A stretch of DNA of 64,000 nt, taken from positions 1 through 64,000 of IMG/VR virus record IMGVR_UViG_3300035034_001349; one strand, written 5' to 3'. The notes under the pieces are model-generated. The model did not search any database and was not told where the DNA came from. It worked only from the letters and a program-made list of their open reading frames with translations. The DNA comes from a virus. Below are positions 41,711 to 52,036 of this stretch, one piece after another; the first letter of the stretch is position 1; every line of letters starts with the position of its first letter. Position numbers and translations under genes: made by a program.

Positions 41711-42277
41711 TTATATTATATCGCTAATTGAATTATCACAATCACCATAGTTGTATCTTTTAACACTATAATTATTTTCCCTTAGTTCATCTATATTATC
41801 AAACTTTTTATATAAACCTAGAAATAAACCTACTCCTGATGCCTTAGTATATCCTCGTATATTATTAAGTGTATAATATGAATCTGATACGTTATATAAA
41901 GGGTCTATAATCCCTAGGCTGGTAAATATCTTAAATAAATCTGGCTTTAATTTACTTATACCATCCTCATCTAGACTATATTCACCTACTACTAACACGC
42001 ATTGATTCTCACTAGCTTTCACACTTCTTGGGTTTGATTGTATACCATGCATGTTTATAGCTAAATTATTAGTCACTATTACTGCAAAGCAATCCAATAT
42101 AACCATTGTAAAATCTGGACTTAATTTTATGATATTGTCTGAATTTGGACTGGATACTTTATCTTTATGCTTTAGTCCTGGTATAACTTGTTCTATTTTC
42201 GTATTGAATATCTTAGTTGTGTTAGCTATTTTATCATATTCATAGATTTTTTCGTCTTCAAATATAAGTCCTCTCAT
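41711..42277 (-). CDS. Paralog-array member
   Basis: SKLKPDLFKIFTS. Confidence 0.75.
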   Translation of the reverse strand: MRGLIFEDEKIYEYDKIANTTKIFNTKIEQVIPGLKHKDKVSSPNSDNIIKLSPDFTMVILDCFAVIVTNNLAINMHGIQSNPRSVKASENQCVLVVGEYSLDEDGISKLKPDLFKIFTSLGIIDPLYNVSDSYYTLNNIRGYTKASGVGLFLGLYKKFDNIDELRENNYSVKRYNYGDCDNSISDII

Positions 42278-42289
42278 TTTATCACCTCA

Positions 42290-42694
42290 TTATCTATTTT
42301 CAGAATGTAATAATCTTACATAGTCACCATTATTTTCAATGACTGTTTCAACTACACATCCACTTGATTTATTACTAATATCGACACCATAATCTCCATC
42401 TGTAAACATTTTAAATACATGTGATTTGAATTTAGTAATTCTTTCATCATCTATATCCATTGTATCAATTAGGTATATAGGTCCTTTATGTTTAAAATAT
42501 AAAGCTAAGTCGAAAGTGTTAGAATACACAACTATTAATATTCTTCTATCTGTACTCGTTGTAATAGTTAGTGTATTCTTAAATATACTCACACTAGTCT
42601 CCCCAAATGTTTCATCTATAATAGATTTAAATAACTTTTTAAATCTATCAAGACCTCTAAGAACCGCTAACTCACTTTTTAAAGGGAAGATCAT
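42290..42694 (-). CDS. Paralog-array member
   Basis: FKSIIDETF; TKFKSHVFKMFTDG. Confidence 0.75.
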   Translation of the reverse strand: MIFPLKSELAVLRGLDRFKKLFKSIIDETFGETSVSIFKNTLTITTSTDRRILIVVYSNTFDLALYFKHKGPIYLIDTMDIDDERITKFKSHVFKMFTDGDYGVDISNKSSGCVVETVIENNGDYVRLLHSENR

Positions 42695-43074
42695 AAGTTG
42701 GATACCGTATTGATCATATTATATTTTCTAGAACCATACTCTTTTACTGTAAATTCCACTATTTTAACATCTTTAGTAAATACAACAGTATCATGAACAA
42801 GTTCAAATAAATAATGTCTAAAATCTTCGACCTCATCAATTGGTATACTATAAAATAATGCATTATCCTTTGGTCTTACTATGTTAACACACTTATCATC
42901 CCAATTGAATATTACATATGGTTCATCATCTCTTAATTTAGTCACTTTCATTTCATTAGAGTAATCCATAGAACTTTTAATTCCATTAATAAATGTATCA
43001 CATATGATTGGAAAAAAATCACTCATAAATTTTGAACCTAGTAAATTAATATCATTAGCATAATTATGTTTCAT
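42691..43074 (-). CDS. Paralog-array member
   Basis: FFPIICDTF; EDFRHYLFELV. Confidence 0.75.
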   Translation of the reverse strand: MKHNYANDINLLGSKFMSDFFPIICDTFINGIKSSMDYSNEMKVTKLRDDEPYVIFNWDDKCVNIVRPKDNALFYSIPIDEVEDFRHYLFELVHDTVVFTKDVKIVEFTVKEYGSRKYNMINTVSNL

Positions 43075-43075
43075 A

Positions 43076-43531
43076 TTATCTCTCCTTTAACTCAACTTCT
43101 CCCACTTTAATTTTATAATGTTCTGTATTTCCCGACTCAAGCACTAACGTATCTGTATTAAATTTAGTAACAATGTCTCCATCTTTTGTTTCAGGTGTAC
43201 CATTGTTAAATAATTTAAACAAAGCTGACTTGAATTTATTAATGTCATCTAATTTTATTTCATCTATCTGTAGGTCATATACAGAGTCTACAATAGTTAC
43301 AGAATCCTCACCTATGATAAAATCTATAAATCTATTCCAATCACTTTCCATTTTTGGTTCTATTAATATTAATATTGATAGTGAATTTTTATATTCCCAT
43401 GATGTTACATATTGTGAATTGTCATTAAGGAATAATTCATTTATAACAGGTTTAAAGTTTATAATGAATAAATCTATATTTTTGTTAATCTTATCTACAT
43501 CATATGAAAATTTTTCTTTACTAGCCCTCAA
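43076..43531 (-). CDS. Paralog-array member
   Basis: FKPVINELF; NKFKSALFKLFNNG. Confidence 0.75.
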   Translation of the reverse strand: MRASKEKFSYDVDKINKNIDLFIINFKPVINELFLNDNSQYVTSWEYKNSLSILILIEPKMESDWNRFIDFIIGEDSVTIVDSVYDLQIDEIKLDDINKFKSALFKLFNNGTPETKDGDIVTKFNTDTLVLESGNTEHYKIKVGEVELKER

Positions 43532-43536
43532 TTACA

Positions 43537-43756
43537 TCATCCTCCCATACTAAATATTAAACCTAAGCCACCATTGTCTATATAATCACCCTTTACAGAC
43601 TCAGTCGTTTCTATACTATCTTTCTCAGTCTTTATTCCGAATAATGTTAACTTAAACTTATTTATCAAATTCTCATCAGAGAAATTTATTATATTGATCG
43701 CCATGTGATGTTTGAAGTATAAATGGTTTTAAATCTTCTGAATTTTTATTATTCAT
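43537..43756 (-). pseudogene. Internally deleted, frameshifted paralog-array member
   Basis: MNNKNSEDLKPFI, then out of frame LYFKHH...NKFKLTLFGIK (compare LYFKHK...TKFKSHVFK in 42290..42694). Confidence 0.55.
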
Positions 43757-44178
43757 TATTCAACCTCCATTACATAACTATCATATCCAGTATTAATAAT
43801 CTCTTTGAGTTCAACTAAGTTATATATCTCATTTTCAAAACCTAAATTAATACCATACATTTTGTCATAATCATCAACATCAATCATACTGCTATTAATT
43901 CTAAATACTACATTTTTCCAGTTATTTAAGGAGTTGGTATCATTAGGTATACTTTTAATTCTCCTATACGTATCAATGAATCCAAGGTCACTCATATCTT
44001 TTATAAGTATAGATGCTCTTCCATTAATCATAACCTCAATACATTCATCAGATAATAATACACACAACTTCTTATTTATAGCTCTATGGCTTATCATTAT
44101 TGTGTTTAATTTAATATCACAATGTATATCTAATATACTTTCATATACAGGTAAATACTCTTTAATAAATGTTTCCAT
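43756..44178 (-). CDS. Paralog-array member; true start may be ~44234, across an A9 frameshift
   Basis: YLPVYESIL; NNWKNVVFRINS. Confidence 0.65.
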   Translation of the reverse strand: METFIKEYLPVYESILDIHCDIKLNTIMISHRAINKKLCVLLSDECIEVMINGRASILIKDMSDLGFIDTYRRIKSIPNDTNSLNNWKNVVFRINSSMIDVDDYDKMYGINLGFENEIYNLVELKEIINTGYDSYVMEVE

Positions 44179-44345
44179 ATTTTTTTTTCTCTAATACTTT
44201 CTTTATTCATAGTAGGTTCTTTTATATTAATCATTATCTTGTCTTACTCCTCTCATATTCATAAACATTAAAGTGACTATTGTCACCATCATCTACTTTT
44301 TTTTTAATATAAATACTTCTCCTTCTTCCATATTCTCATTACACC

Positions 44346-44684
44346 TTAGTTTAAATATAAATTTTTCCAATTTGAAGTATAAAATTTATCGTTAGCTATG
44401 TGCTCAATCTCGGTATATTCTGTTACAATACTATGCTTATACATTCTCCCCAAGTCTTTATCTACGTACTTCTTTCTTCTTACTCCTGTAGATTTATGTC
44501 TAAGTATATATGTTGCATCTTTCTTAAATACTGCCTTAACACTTTTAATATCTTCACTTAGTTTAAAATATAGGACTACGGAATTTAAATCAACCGAATG
44601 ATTTGAGAGTATAAATAATTCTTTAAATATAGGTAGTATATTCTTATTGAATCTGTCGACTTGACTTAATTCATCATCATACAT
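44346..44684 (-). CDS. Paralog-array member truncated by homopolymer frameshifts
   Basis: ILPIFKELF; adding one A after TGG gives WKKFIFKL, matching WRKFIFNL of the neighbouring gene. Confidence 0.65.
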   Translation of the reverse strand: MYDDELSQVDRFNKNILPIFKELFILSNHSVDLNSVVLYFKLSEDIKSVKAVFKKDATYILRHKSTGVRRKKYVDKDLGRMYKHSIVTEYTEIEHIANDKFYTSNWKNLYLN

Positions 44685-45214
44685 TAGATTAAATCCTCCT
44701 CAAATATATACTCTGAGACATTGAAGCGTTTACGTATTACACCTCTACTTCTTCTACTTATACTATATGACCTAACCTCATTATATGACACATTATCACT
44801 ATTCAGATTAAATATAAATTTCCTCCAATTAGTATTATAATTATAGTCATATTTAATATACTCTAGTTTTAAATATGCTTGGAATTGTTCTTTAGTATTA
44901 TAATTATAGTCATATTTAATATACTCTAGTTTTAAATATGCTTGGAATTGTTCTCCAGGCTTATCTCCTCCAGCATGTCTAAAACTATGATACTCTATCG
45001 GTGCTCTTATGACTAAGGTATCCTGTTTCATTATGTAGACTCCACTAGGTTCAAATACAAGATATAATGGCTCTATTTGAGCAAATTCCAGATTAATCAC
45101 ATTAGACATTTGACCATTTCTTAATACTTTGAATACTGATTCAAATTCATTAAGAGTATACTCAATAAAATCACTTATTTTTGTTGAAATTATATTATTT
45201 TCTTTTTTATCCAT
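44684..45214 (-). CDS. Paralog-array member with a 21-codon tandem duplication
   Basis: TNWRKFIFNLNS; EQFQAYLKLEYIKYDYNYNT occurs twice. Confidence 0.7.
   Translation of the reverse strand: MDKKENNIISTKISDFIEYTLNEFESVFKVLRNGQMSNVINLEFAQIEPLYLVFEPSGVYIMKQDTLVIRAPIEYHSFRHAGGDKPGEQFQAYLKLEYIKYDYNYNTKEQFQAYLKLEYIKYDYNYNTNWRKFIFNLNSDNVSYNEVRSYSISRRSRGVIRKRFNVSEYIFEEDLI
44829..44954. repeat. Perfect 63-bp tandem duplication
   Basis: 44829-44891 is identical to 44892-44954. Confidence 0.9.
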
Positions 45215-45248
45215 CCAATCATCCTTTCATTATTAAAATAAAAACCTT

Positions 45249-45283
45249 AACAAATTATTAATTAATCAATATTATAATATATA
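45249..45283. promoter_or_regulatory. Face-to-face late (+) and early (-) promoters
   Basis: AACA AATTAT TA (+, 45249-45260); TATATATTATAATATTGAT (-, ~45265-45283). Confidence 0.6.
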
Positions 45284-45343
45284 TTTAAATTTAAAACATA
45301 AATTAGGAGGTGTGGTAAGTCTAATAACTTAGACTTGTATAAT

Positions 45344-47623
45344 ATGGCTAAAAAGAAGAACAATAAGATACTAGATACTTTAAATCGTTTAACAACGGGT
45401 GCTATATATGGAACAGATCAAGATGTTCATGATTCCAATAAAGCAGATATAACCGAGATTAAGGGTATCATAAACAAAATTAATGGTAAGTATAAGCAGA
45501 ATACTGGCTCAGAAATGATGGACTTTTTCAATAGTGTTAGTAATAATGAAAACCGCAAGAAGAAGGATGAAGATAGTAAGAAGAATAAGAAGAAAGAACT
45601 TATAAAATTAGATGATATAGTCAAGACTGATGAATATCAGAATGCTATAAGTGATATATTCTTCTCAGAGAAAGATAGATTTAATCTTTATCATAACTTC
45701 GACTTAATCTATAATAATATACCACAGATGGGACAAGCTTTAGATACATATGTGGATAATATATTATCACCAGATGATTTCACTAAGAACATATTTAATG
45801 TAAAATATAATGATATAGCTTCAGAAGTGACTAAGGATATTGTAATGTCTAATTTAAATAGGATAAAAAAGAATTACAATATTAAGTATAATGCTAAGAA
45901 GTATATTAAGAATGCTTTAAAGAATGGTGATGAATTTGTCGCAGTACTAAAGATAAGTAAAGAGATTGATAGATTACTTGTAGAAGATGAAGATGAAGAA
46001 CTTTTCTTTGATAGAAGTAATGATGATGGAAAGAAGTTAGGTACTGAAGATATACGTTTAACTAATGAAGAATTATCAGTGCTTGAATCAATGAATAAGC
46101 AGTCTAAAGGTGATAAAGTACTAAACTTACAAGAGAGTATGAAAGGTAATGATTACAAACAGTTAAAAGAAAACTGGCAAAGTTATATATCTGAGATATT
46201 AAATGAAAATATTGAAGTTGAATATGATAGTAAGTCATTAACAAATAAGATAAAACAAGTACAAAAGGACTTTGCATCTGATAAAAGTACTACTATTGGA
46301 GACAATATTGGGGGAGATAATAATAAGTCTAAAGATGATAAGAATAATGCAATTGAACTTAATGGTTCTATAGTAAAGAGGTTAGAACCTGAGAATGTTA
46401 TAAAACTAGAAGTAGAAGGCGTTAACTATGGTTATTATTATATTGAAAAGAGAGATGAAAGATTTGGTGAATCTAAGAGTACTAATCAAGCTATAACTGA
46501 TATAGACTTAAGTTTCTCAAATGGTGACCTTGACGATAATACAAATAAAAAAGTAAAACTTGTAAATGATATATTTGCTAAGAATATAGCTAGTAAAATA
46601 GATAAGACGTTTATAAAAGATAATCCTGAATTCAAGAATATTATTCATAACCTTTTAAGAAATAACTATATAACAAATGGTAAGGTAAAAATTATATATC
46701 TACAACCAGATGAGGTAGTACATTTCAAAGGTGATGATGATGGGTCTGTTTACGGGGAGTCTTTATATAAAAATATACTATTTACAGCTAAAATGTACTT
46801 AACTGTTTTAACTAGTGATTTAATGAGTAAATTAGTTAGAAGTCCAGATAAGAGAACTTTTTATATAGAAGTTGGGTTAGATGAAGATAGCGAAGCAGCT
46901 GTAGAGAGTTTTGTAAGAGATATTAAGACTAAAGATATAACTATGGATAACCTTAAAGATATAGATACTGCTATGAATTCAGTTGGTACGTTCCAGGATT
47001 ACTATATTCCAGTAGTTAATGGAGAAAAACCAGTTGAAATTGATAGAACTGATGGTCTTGACACTGATATTAAGAATGACTTCTCTGAGTATCTACTTGA
47101 AGCTATGATTTCAGGCGTAGGTATACCTAAAGATTTCCTTTCTTATAGTGATACTGAGTTTGTACGTTCGTTAGCAATGCAGAATGGTAAATTCATTAGA
47201 AGCATTATAGTAAAGCAATCTATGATGGCAGAAGGATTCAATAAGTTGATTAGAATGATTTATAAGAATGAATTTGATCATAAAGGTAAACAAGGTGAAG
47301 ACTTTGATGTTAGAAGTATACTTCAGAATATATCTGTAGAATTCCCACCACCATCATCACTTAATGTAAGTAACTTAAGTGAACAGATACGTAATAGTGG
47401 TGACGTTATAAATTTCATAGTTGAAACTTATATGGGTGATAGAACAGAAGATGAAGAATTAAAGAGAAGATTTAAGAAGACAGTTACTAAAGAATTTATT
47501 CCATCAATTGAATGGAGTAGATATGATACTATTTATGAAAATGCTATTAAAGGTAAAACAAAGGATGAATTACTTGTAGACGGAGGAGAAGACGAAGATT
47601 CAGGTGGAGGAAGTTCTTGGTAA
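45344..47623 (+). CDS. Portal protein (T4 gp20-like)
   Basis: ALDTYVDNIL, LKNGD, RSPDKRTFYIEVG, QDYYIP, GVGIP. ATG 45344 is preferred over TTG 45335, which lies inside a hairpin. Confidence 0.8.
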   Translation: MAKKKNNKILDTLNRLTTGAIYGTDQDVHDSNKADITEIKGIINKINGKYKQNTGSEMMDFFNSVSNNENRKKKDEDSKKNKKKELIKLDDIVKTDEYQNAISDIFFSEKDRFNLYHNFDLIYNNIPQMGQALDTYVDNILSPDDFTKNIFNVKYNDIASEVTKDIVMSNLNRIKKNYNIKYNAKKYIKNALKNGDEFVAVLKISKEIDRLLVEDEDEELFFDRSNDDGKKLGTEDIRLTNEELSVLESMNKQSKGDKVLNLQESMKGNDYKQLKENWQSYISEILNENIEVEYDSKSLTNKIKQVQKDFASDKSTTIGDNIGGDNNKSKDDKNNAIELNGSIVKRLEPENVIKLEVEGVNYGYYYIEKRDERFGESKSTNQAITDIDLSFSNGDLDDNTNKKVKLVNDIFAKNIASKIDKTFIKDNPEFKNIIHNLLRNNYITNGKVKIIYLQPDEVVHFKGDDDGSVYGESLYKNILFTAKMYLTVLTSDLMSKLVRSPDKRTFYIEVGLDEDSEAAVESFVRDIKTKDITMDNLKDIDTAMNSVGTFQDYYIPVVNGEKPVEIDRTDGLDTDIKNDFSEYLLEAMISGVGIPKDFLSYSDTEFVRSLAMQNGKFIRSIIVKQSMMAEGFNKLIRMIYKNEFDHKGKQGEDFDVRSILQNISVEFPPPSSLNVSNLSEQIRNSGDVINFIVETYMGDRTEDEELKRRFKKTVTKEFIPSIEWSRYDTIYENAIKGKTKDELLVDGGEDEDSGGGSSW

Positions 47624-47638
47624 TATAATAAAAATAAA

Positions 47639-47668
47639 AAGACTATAACCAATTAAGGTTATAGTCTT
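47639..47668. terminator. Bidirectional terminator
   Basis: AAGACTATAACC-AATTAA-GGTTATAGTCTT. Confidence 0.8.
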
Positions 47669-47684
47669 ATTTTTATTATTTATA

Positions 47685-48506
47685 CTAACCAGCACTACCA
47701 TGAGCTGATCTGTCAATTTCAGTGGATGTAATATCTTTAGATTCATCATATGAATCAGAAATATTATCGCTTCCGTTATCTCCTGTAGGATCAAACGCAC
47801 CCATTTCTTTGAAACCATATTTATTTTTCTTAAGTAATTCTTTAGCAAACTCATCAACTTTAGCTGAAAGATTCAAATCACCAGTGAATGATTGTTCATA
47901 TTCAACTTGGTCATGTGTACCTTGAGTGTAGTTGAAGTGGCTTAATCTAATTGCCTTAGGCATTACATTAGTATAATAAGCCGCAAATTCAATATTGTTT
48001 TTATCAACGTTGTTCGCATCAGGTCTAGTAACAATGTAAATTAGTTCTCCAGTATGATTAGCAGATGCATAATCGATATCATGAATCTTTGGATAAGTTG
48101 CAAGACCAGTTTCAGGGTCTCTAATTCCAGTTACCCAATACTGATACATATTCTTCATTGGTGAACCACTGAATTCTTGGTGCTTAATTGTAAATTCAGT
48201 ATTTTGCTTCTTAATTCCACCTGCAATATGGTACTCATTTGCATTGAAGCCATGTGTAACAGAGATTGTTTCTAATTCAATGTCACTTAAACCGCCAAAT
48301 TCTTTGAAATTCTTTTCAGTCATTACTGCAAAATCAGGATAAGTATCTGTTACCCACTTAGGTAGTGTTACCCAAATGAAGAACGCATAACCTGTAACAA
48401 GATTATCATATTCCATCTTTTGTAAGTCGAATGAACCTGTAAAGAAATTCGAATTGGAAGCATTTTTAACGTTAAAGCTATTTATAGACGCTCCAGGTTT
48501 AATCAT
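47685..48506 (-). CDS. Tail tube protein
   Basis: Directly downstream of the sheath; EFSGSP..YQYWVTGIRDPETG; late promoter 48542-48553. Confidence 0.75.
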   Translation of the reverse strand: MIKPGASINSFNVKNASNSNFFTGSFDLQKMEYDNLVTGYAFFIWVTLPKWVTDTYPDFAVMTEKNFKEFGGLSDIELETISVTHGFNANEYHIAGGIKKQNTEFTIKHQEFSGSPMKNMYQYWVTGIRDPETGLATYPKIHDIDYASANHTGELIYIVTRPDANNVDKNNIEFAAYYTNVMPKAIRLSHFNYTQGTHDQVEYEQSFTGDLNLSAKVDEFAKELLKKNKYGFKEMGAFDPTGDNGSDNISDSYDESKDITSTEIDRSAHGSAG

Positions 48507-48611
48507 ATATTCCCATTCCTTTCTTTATATTCAAATTATATTAATTATTTGTTAGTTATATAAAATAAAGGGAGAGTTTATAGTAAACTCAACCCCTTAG
48601 TCTAATTATTA

Positions 48612-51464
48612 TTAATTAACAGTTAAGCTAATGAAAATTCTTTCGATTGTTGAGTTAAACTCTAACTCAATTCTTACTCTAGCTACTTTCTGCTTTCTAT
48701 CATACTCAGACGCATATACAGTACCACTAATTGAAGTACAAGCTTTATTAGTAACCCACTTCTGAAGATATCCATTTAAATTGCTTTGTGCAATTGTTAA
48801 TGTATTAGGATCATTAAATTCAAATTGATAATCTTCCATCATTAATTCAGCATCTCTCTGAATCTTAAGCAATACACGTACATTATTAATGTTACTTAAT
48901 GCAGATGTTGCTTTCTGAGAAGTTAATTGAGTACCAAATCTAGTACGTCTATTATCAGACTCTATATAGTTAAGCTGATTTTTATATAACTGTGTCTTCC
49001 AAGGTTCATTAGGGTTATAAGATAACTTCTTAAATCCTGATACTATACCTCTTCTATTTCCTGCTAATGGGTATTGAATACCATTAGAATCATCATTAGT
49101 AGGAATCATTCCCGCTAACATATACGTAGGTGTTACTTTAATATCTTTACCAGTATATTCTGCATCACTAACAATTAAGTCTTGTGTATATACTGCAAGT
49201 CTAAAGTCACTAACGTTATTAGCTTTTCTATAATCAATAGACTGCTTTGGTGTTGCTTGGAATCCAGTATCAAGGAAACCCATAAAGTCACGTCTAATGT
49301 CTTTAACTAATTCAGAAATTGCATCTTTAACTGATTGTGTGTAATTTGCATCTAATACTAAGTCAACAGGTATTAATTTCTTATTAAGAATATTATCATC
49401 TACTAGACCAGTATAAGCACGAACTAATAACGACTCAACAGTTTGTGATCTTAATGCTGAATCTGATACATCTAAATCTCCATCAGAACCATTAACTAAG
49501 AATGTTCCAGTTGGTAAATCTTCTAATGTATATTCGTGTGCATTACTTTCAATATCTACTAATTCTAATTGATAATCTGCAATTTTACCTTCAACGATAT
49601 CAACTATAGCAGGTATATCAGAGCCATTTACATTTCCTTCTGCAGATGTAGCAACTGCATTTGCATATGTGAAAGCATCATCAATTCTAATAATTAGTGA
49701 ATCAACGATATCAATTCCATTTTCAACTCTTACTTTTTCTATTGCATCTAATAGAGTATCTGTTAAACCAGCATAGCCAGTTGTAATAGCTTCTAATGCA
49801 ACAGTTTTATCAGACTCAATAGCAAATGAATTTATAACTTCATTATATTCAGTCTGTAATGTGGCTAATGTGCTCTCTGCAGAAGTAATATCATCATCAG
49901 CATAAGTATTAGTGTCGCCATCATTTATCTTTAAGAATGTGATTAATTCATCAGCAGTTCCTAAGTAATCATAAATAGAAGTAACTAATGATGTTGAAGT
50001 AATATCATCACCATACTTAGCATATTCAGTGTCTACATTCTTATCAGCATCTTCTAAAAGACCCTTGTATTTACCCAATTTTATATTAACGATATCATAA
50101 TCAACGATTTCATTTCTGATAGCATCGATTTCATTATTTAAATTAGTTGTTTCAGCTATGCTCTCGATTGTCTCACTATAATCACGTATTTCTTCATATA
50201 ATGGAACAATATTTCTAGAACCAGTAACTAACTGTTTAGCTGAGGCTAGTACAGATGAAGCATCAGATTGGTCTGTGTCATAAGTAGACTTAACAGATTC
50301 ATATGTTGTCATAACAGATTCTGTCACACCAACTAAGTCATCATGTGCTACATATAAAGTACCATCAGTAGTATTAACTAATTCAGTGGTTAATGTATCA
50401 AAGCTACCTGCTTTAACGTTAGAAAGAACTAACTTAGCATTATCAATTGTATTATTCATAGCATCTAAATCATGACTACGATAATTATTATCTGCAGTTA
50501 CGATGAATTTTTCAATACTATCGTCAACATCTACTAGGTTATTAGAACCTGTAGCGTTTCCATTACTATCATATTCATTAATAGCAATTAATAAATCTTC
50601 TTCAGAACCAGTAATGCTATCTGCATATACTTGTTCCATACTATCAAATGTGATCATGTCTAATTTCTTAGGATGAACATTAGGATTAATGATTTCTCCT
50701 ATCTTACCATATGCGTCTTCATTGAAGATAACATTAGCAATATTAGAATACTTATCAACCATATATTTTATGAACATTGACTCTCCACTAATACTTTGTG
50801 CATCAGGGTCAAGTGAAACATTGAAAGGACCTTCAATACTCTCAATAGAACCTGAAGAACTAATTTGTGTAATTTCTAATGAATAAACATTGAAATCATA
50901 TGTCTCTTTGAACTCATCATTAAGATACATTTTGAATCCTAATTTGTAACTAGTACCTCTACCTTTTGGATATAAACCGAAAAGCATATTTGTTTCAAAT
51001 CCATCAACTGTCACGTCACGTTCCTTAGTCAATTCATTAACTAAAGCACCATCACTAACATTATTAACTTCAGTAGTATTAACGACTGTTTTAACTTCAA
51101 CGTCATCAAAACTAACTAATGTACCAGATGAATCTTTTACTTGTTTACTACCTATTTTAGTCTGAAGACCGAACATTGTATGTGAGTAACCTGCATTATC
51201 AGGCATTACTCTTAATCCGTAAAGTCCTCCACCACTTTGAAGCCAGTTCATTATATTGTATAATGATTGTCCATGCTTACGCATATTAGGCTCACCATAC
51301 TCGAATAAGAACTCAGACGGTGATGTAATCATTTTAATTACATTATCCTCACCCTTATCAGAAGTGAAAGCGGCAAATAATTGTGTTGTACCTTCAGATG
51401 TTAAAAAGGTAATAGAATTATCAACTATTGTACTTTCTACACTTGGATGTAAATATTTCGCCAT
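48612..51464 (-). CDS. Contractile tail sheath protein
   Basis: MAKYLHPSV, EFLFEYGEPN, PLAGNRRG, SALSNINNVRVL, FEFND; late promoter 51555-51566. Confidence 0.9.
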   Translation of the reverse strand: MAKYLHPSVESTIVDNSITFLTSEGTTQLFAAFTSDKGEDNVIKMITSPSEFLFEYGEPNMRKHGQSLYNIMNWLQSGGGLYGLRVMPDNAGYSHTMFGLQTKIGSKQVKDSSGTLVSFDDVEVKTVVNTTEVNNVSDGALVNELTKERDVTVDGFETNMLFGLYPKGRGTSYKLGFKMYLNDEFKETYDFNVYSLEITQISSSGSIESIEGPFNVSLDPDAQSISGESMFIKYMVDKYSNIANVIFNEDAYGKIGEIINPNVHPKKLDMITFDSMEQVYADSITGSEEDLLIAINEYDSNGNATGSNNLVDVDDSIEKFIVTADNNYRSHDLDAMNNTIDNAKLVLSNVKAGSFDTLTTELVNTTDGTLYVAHDDLVGVTESVMTTYESVKSTYDTDQSDASSVLASAKQLVTGSRNIVPLYEEIRDYSETIESIAETTNLNNEIDAIRNEIVDYDIVNIKLGKYKGLLEDADKNVDTEYAKYGDDITSTSLVTSIYDYLGTADELITFLKINDGDTNTYADDDITSAESTLATLQTEYNEVINSFAIESDKTVALEAITTGYAGLTDTLLDAIEKVRVENGIDIVDSLIIRIDDAFTYANAVATSAEGNVNGSDIPAIVDIVEGKIADYQLELVDIESNAHEYTLEDLPTGTFLVNGSDGDLDVSDSALRSQTVESLLVRAYTGLVDDNILNKKLIPVDLVLDANYTQSVKDAISELVKDIRRDFMGFLDTGFQATPKQSIDYRKANNVSDFRLAVYTQDLIVSDAEYTGKDIKVTPTYMLAGMIPTNDDSNGIQYPLAGNRRGIVSGFKKLSYNPNEPWKTQLYKNQLNYIESDNRRTRFGTQLTSQKATSALSNINNVRVLLKIQRDAELMMEDYQFEFNDPNTLTIAQSNLNGYLQKWVTNKACTSISGTVYASEYDRKQKVARVRIELEFNSTIERIFISLTVN

Positions 51465-51634
51465 AATAACTCTCCTTTTCTTGTAATTTTATTAATAAAA
51501 TTGAATTAAATATAATTCTTAATATAAGTTGTTTAACAACTATTATCATTTATTTAATTATTTGTTTTGTTATAATATCAGAAAATTGTTGAGTTAATGT
51601 CCCATTACCCTTAATAGGTAATGGGATTTTGTGT

Positions 51635-52036
51635 CTATTTAACTAAATCTACACTACTTTCAATTATGATATCAATAAAGTTATCTAAATCACCATACAT
51701 ATCTGTAATATATTTCTTAGTTTCATTATTTATAGTTGTTTTAAATTCCTCAGTAACATCCTCTTTAATTTTTATACCTTCTTCTTTACTTAGTTTACCC
51801 TCAGAATCTCTAAGAGACTTAACTATACTACTTTCTGTAGCCATCATGATTTCGAATAATACATCTTTACCAATAGTGATGTATTTAGCCTTAAGTTCGT
51901 AGTACTTGTCATCTTTTTCACTTTCAATTAACTTAATCTTTGATGTTAGATATACTTGTAATAATCTAACCACAAAGGTGAATAAACCTGTTATCAATAC
52001 CACCAATACATTTGTAATAATTTCATTAAAATCCAT
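51635..52036 (-). CDS. Holin-like membrane protein
   Basis: One N-terminal TM helix, then a charged helical domain ending IIIESSV (LL-H-holin-like layout). Confidence 0.5.
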   Translation of the reverse strand: MDFNEIITNVLVVLITGLFTFVVRLLQVYLTSKIKLIESEKDDKYYELKAKYITIGKDVLFEIMMATESSIVKSLRDSEGKLSKEEGIKIKEDVTEEFKTTINNETKKYITDMYGDLDNFIDIIIESSVDLVK

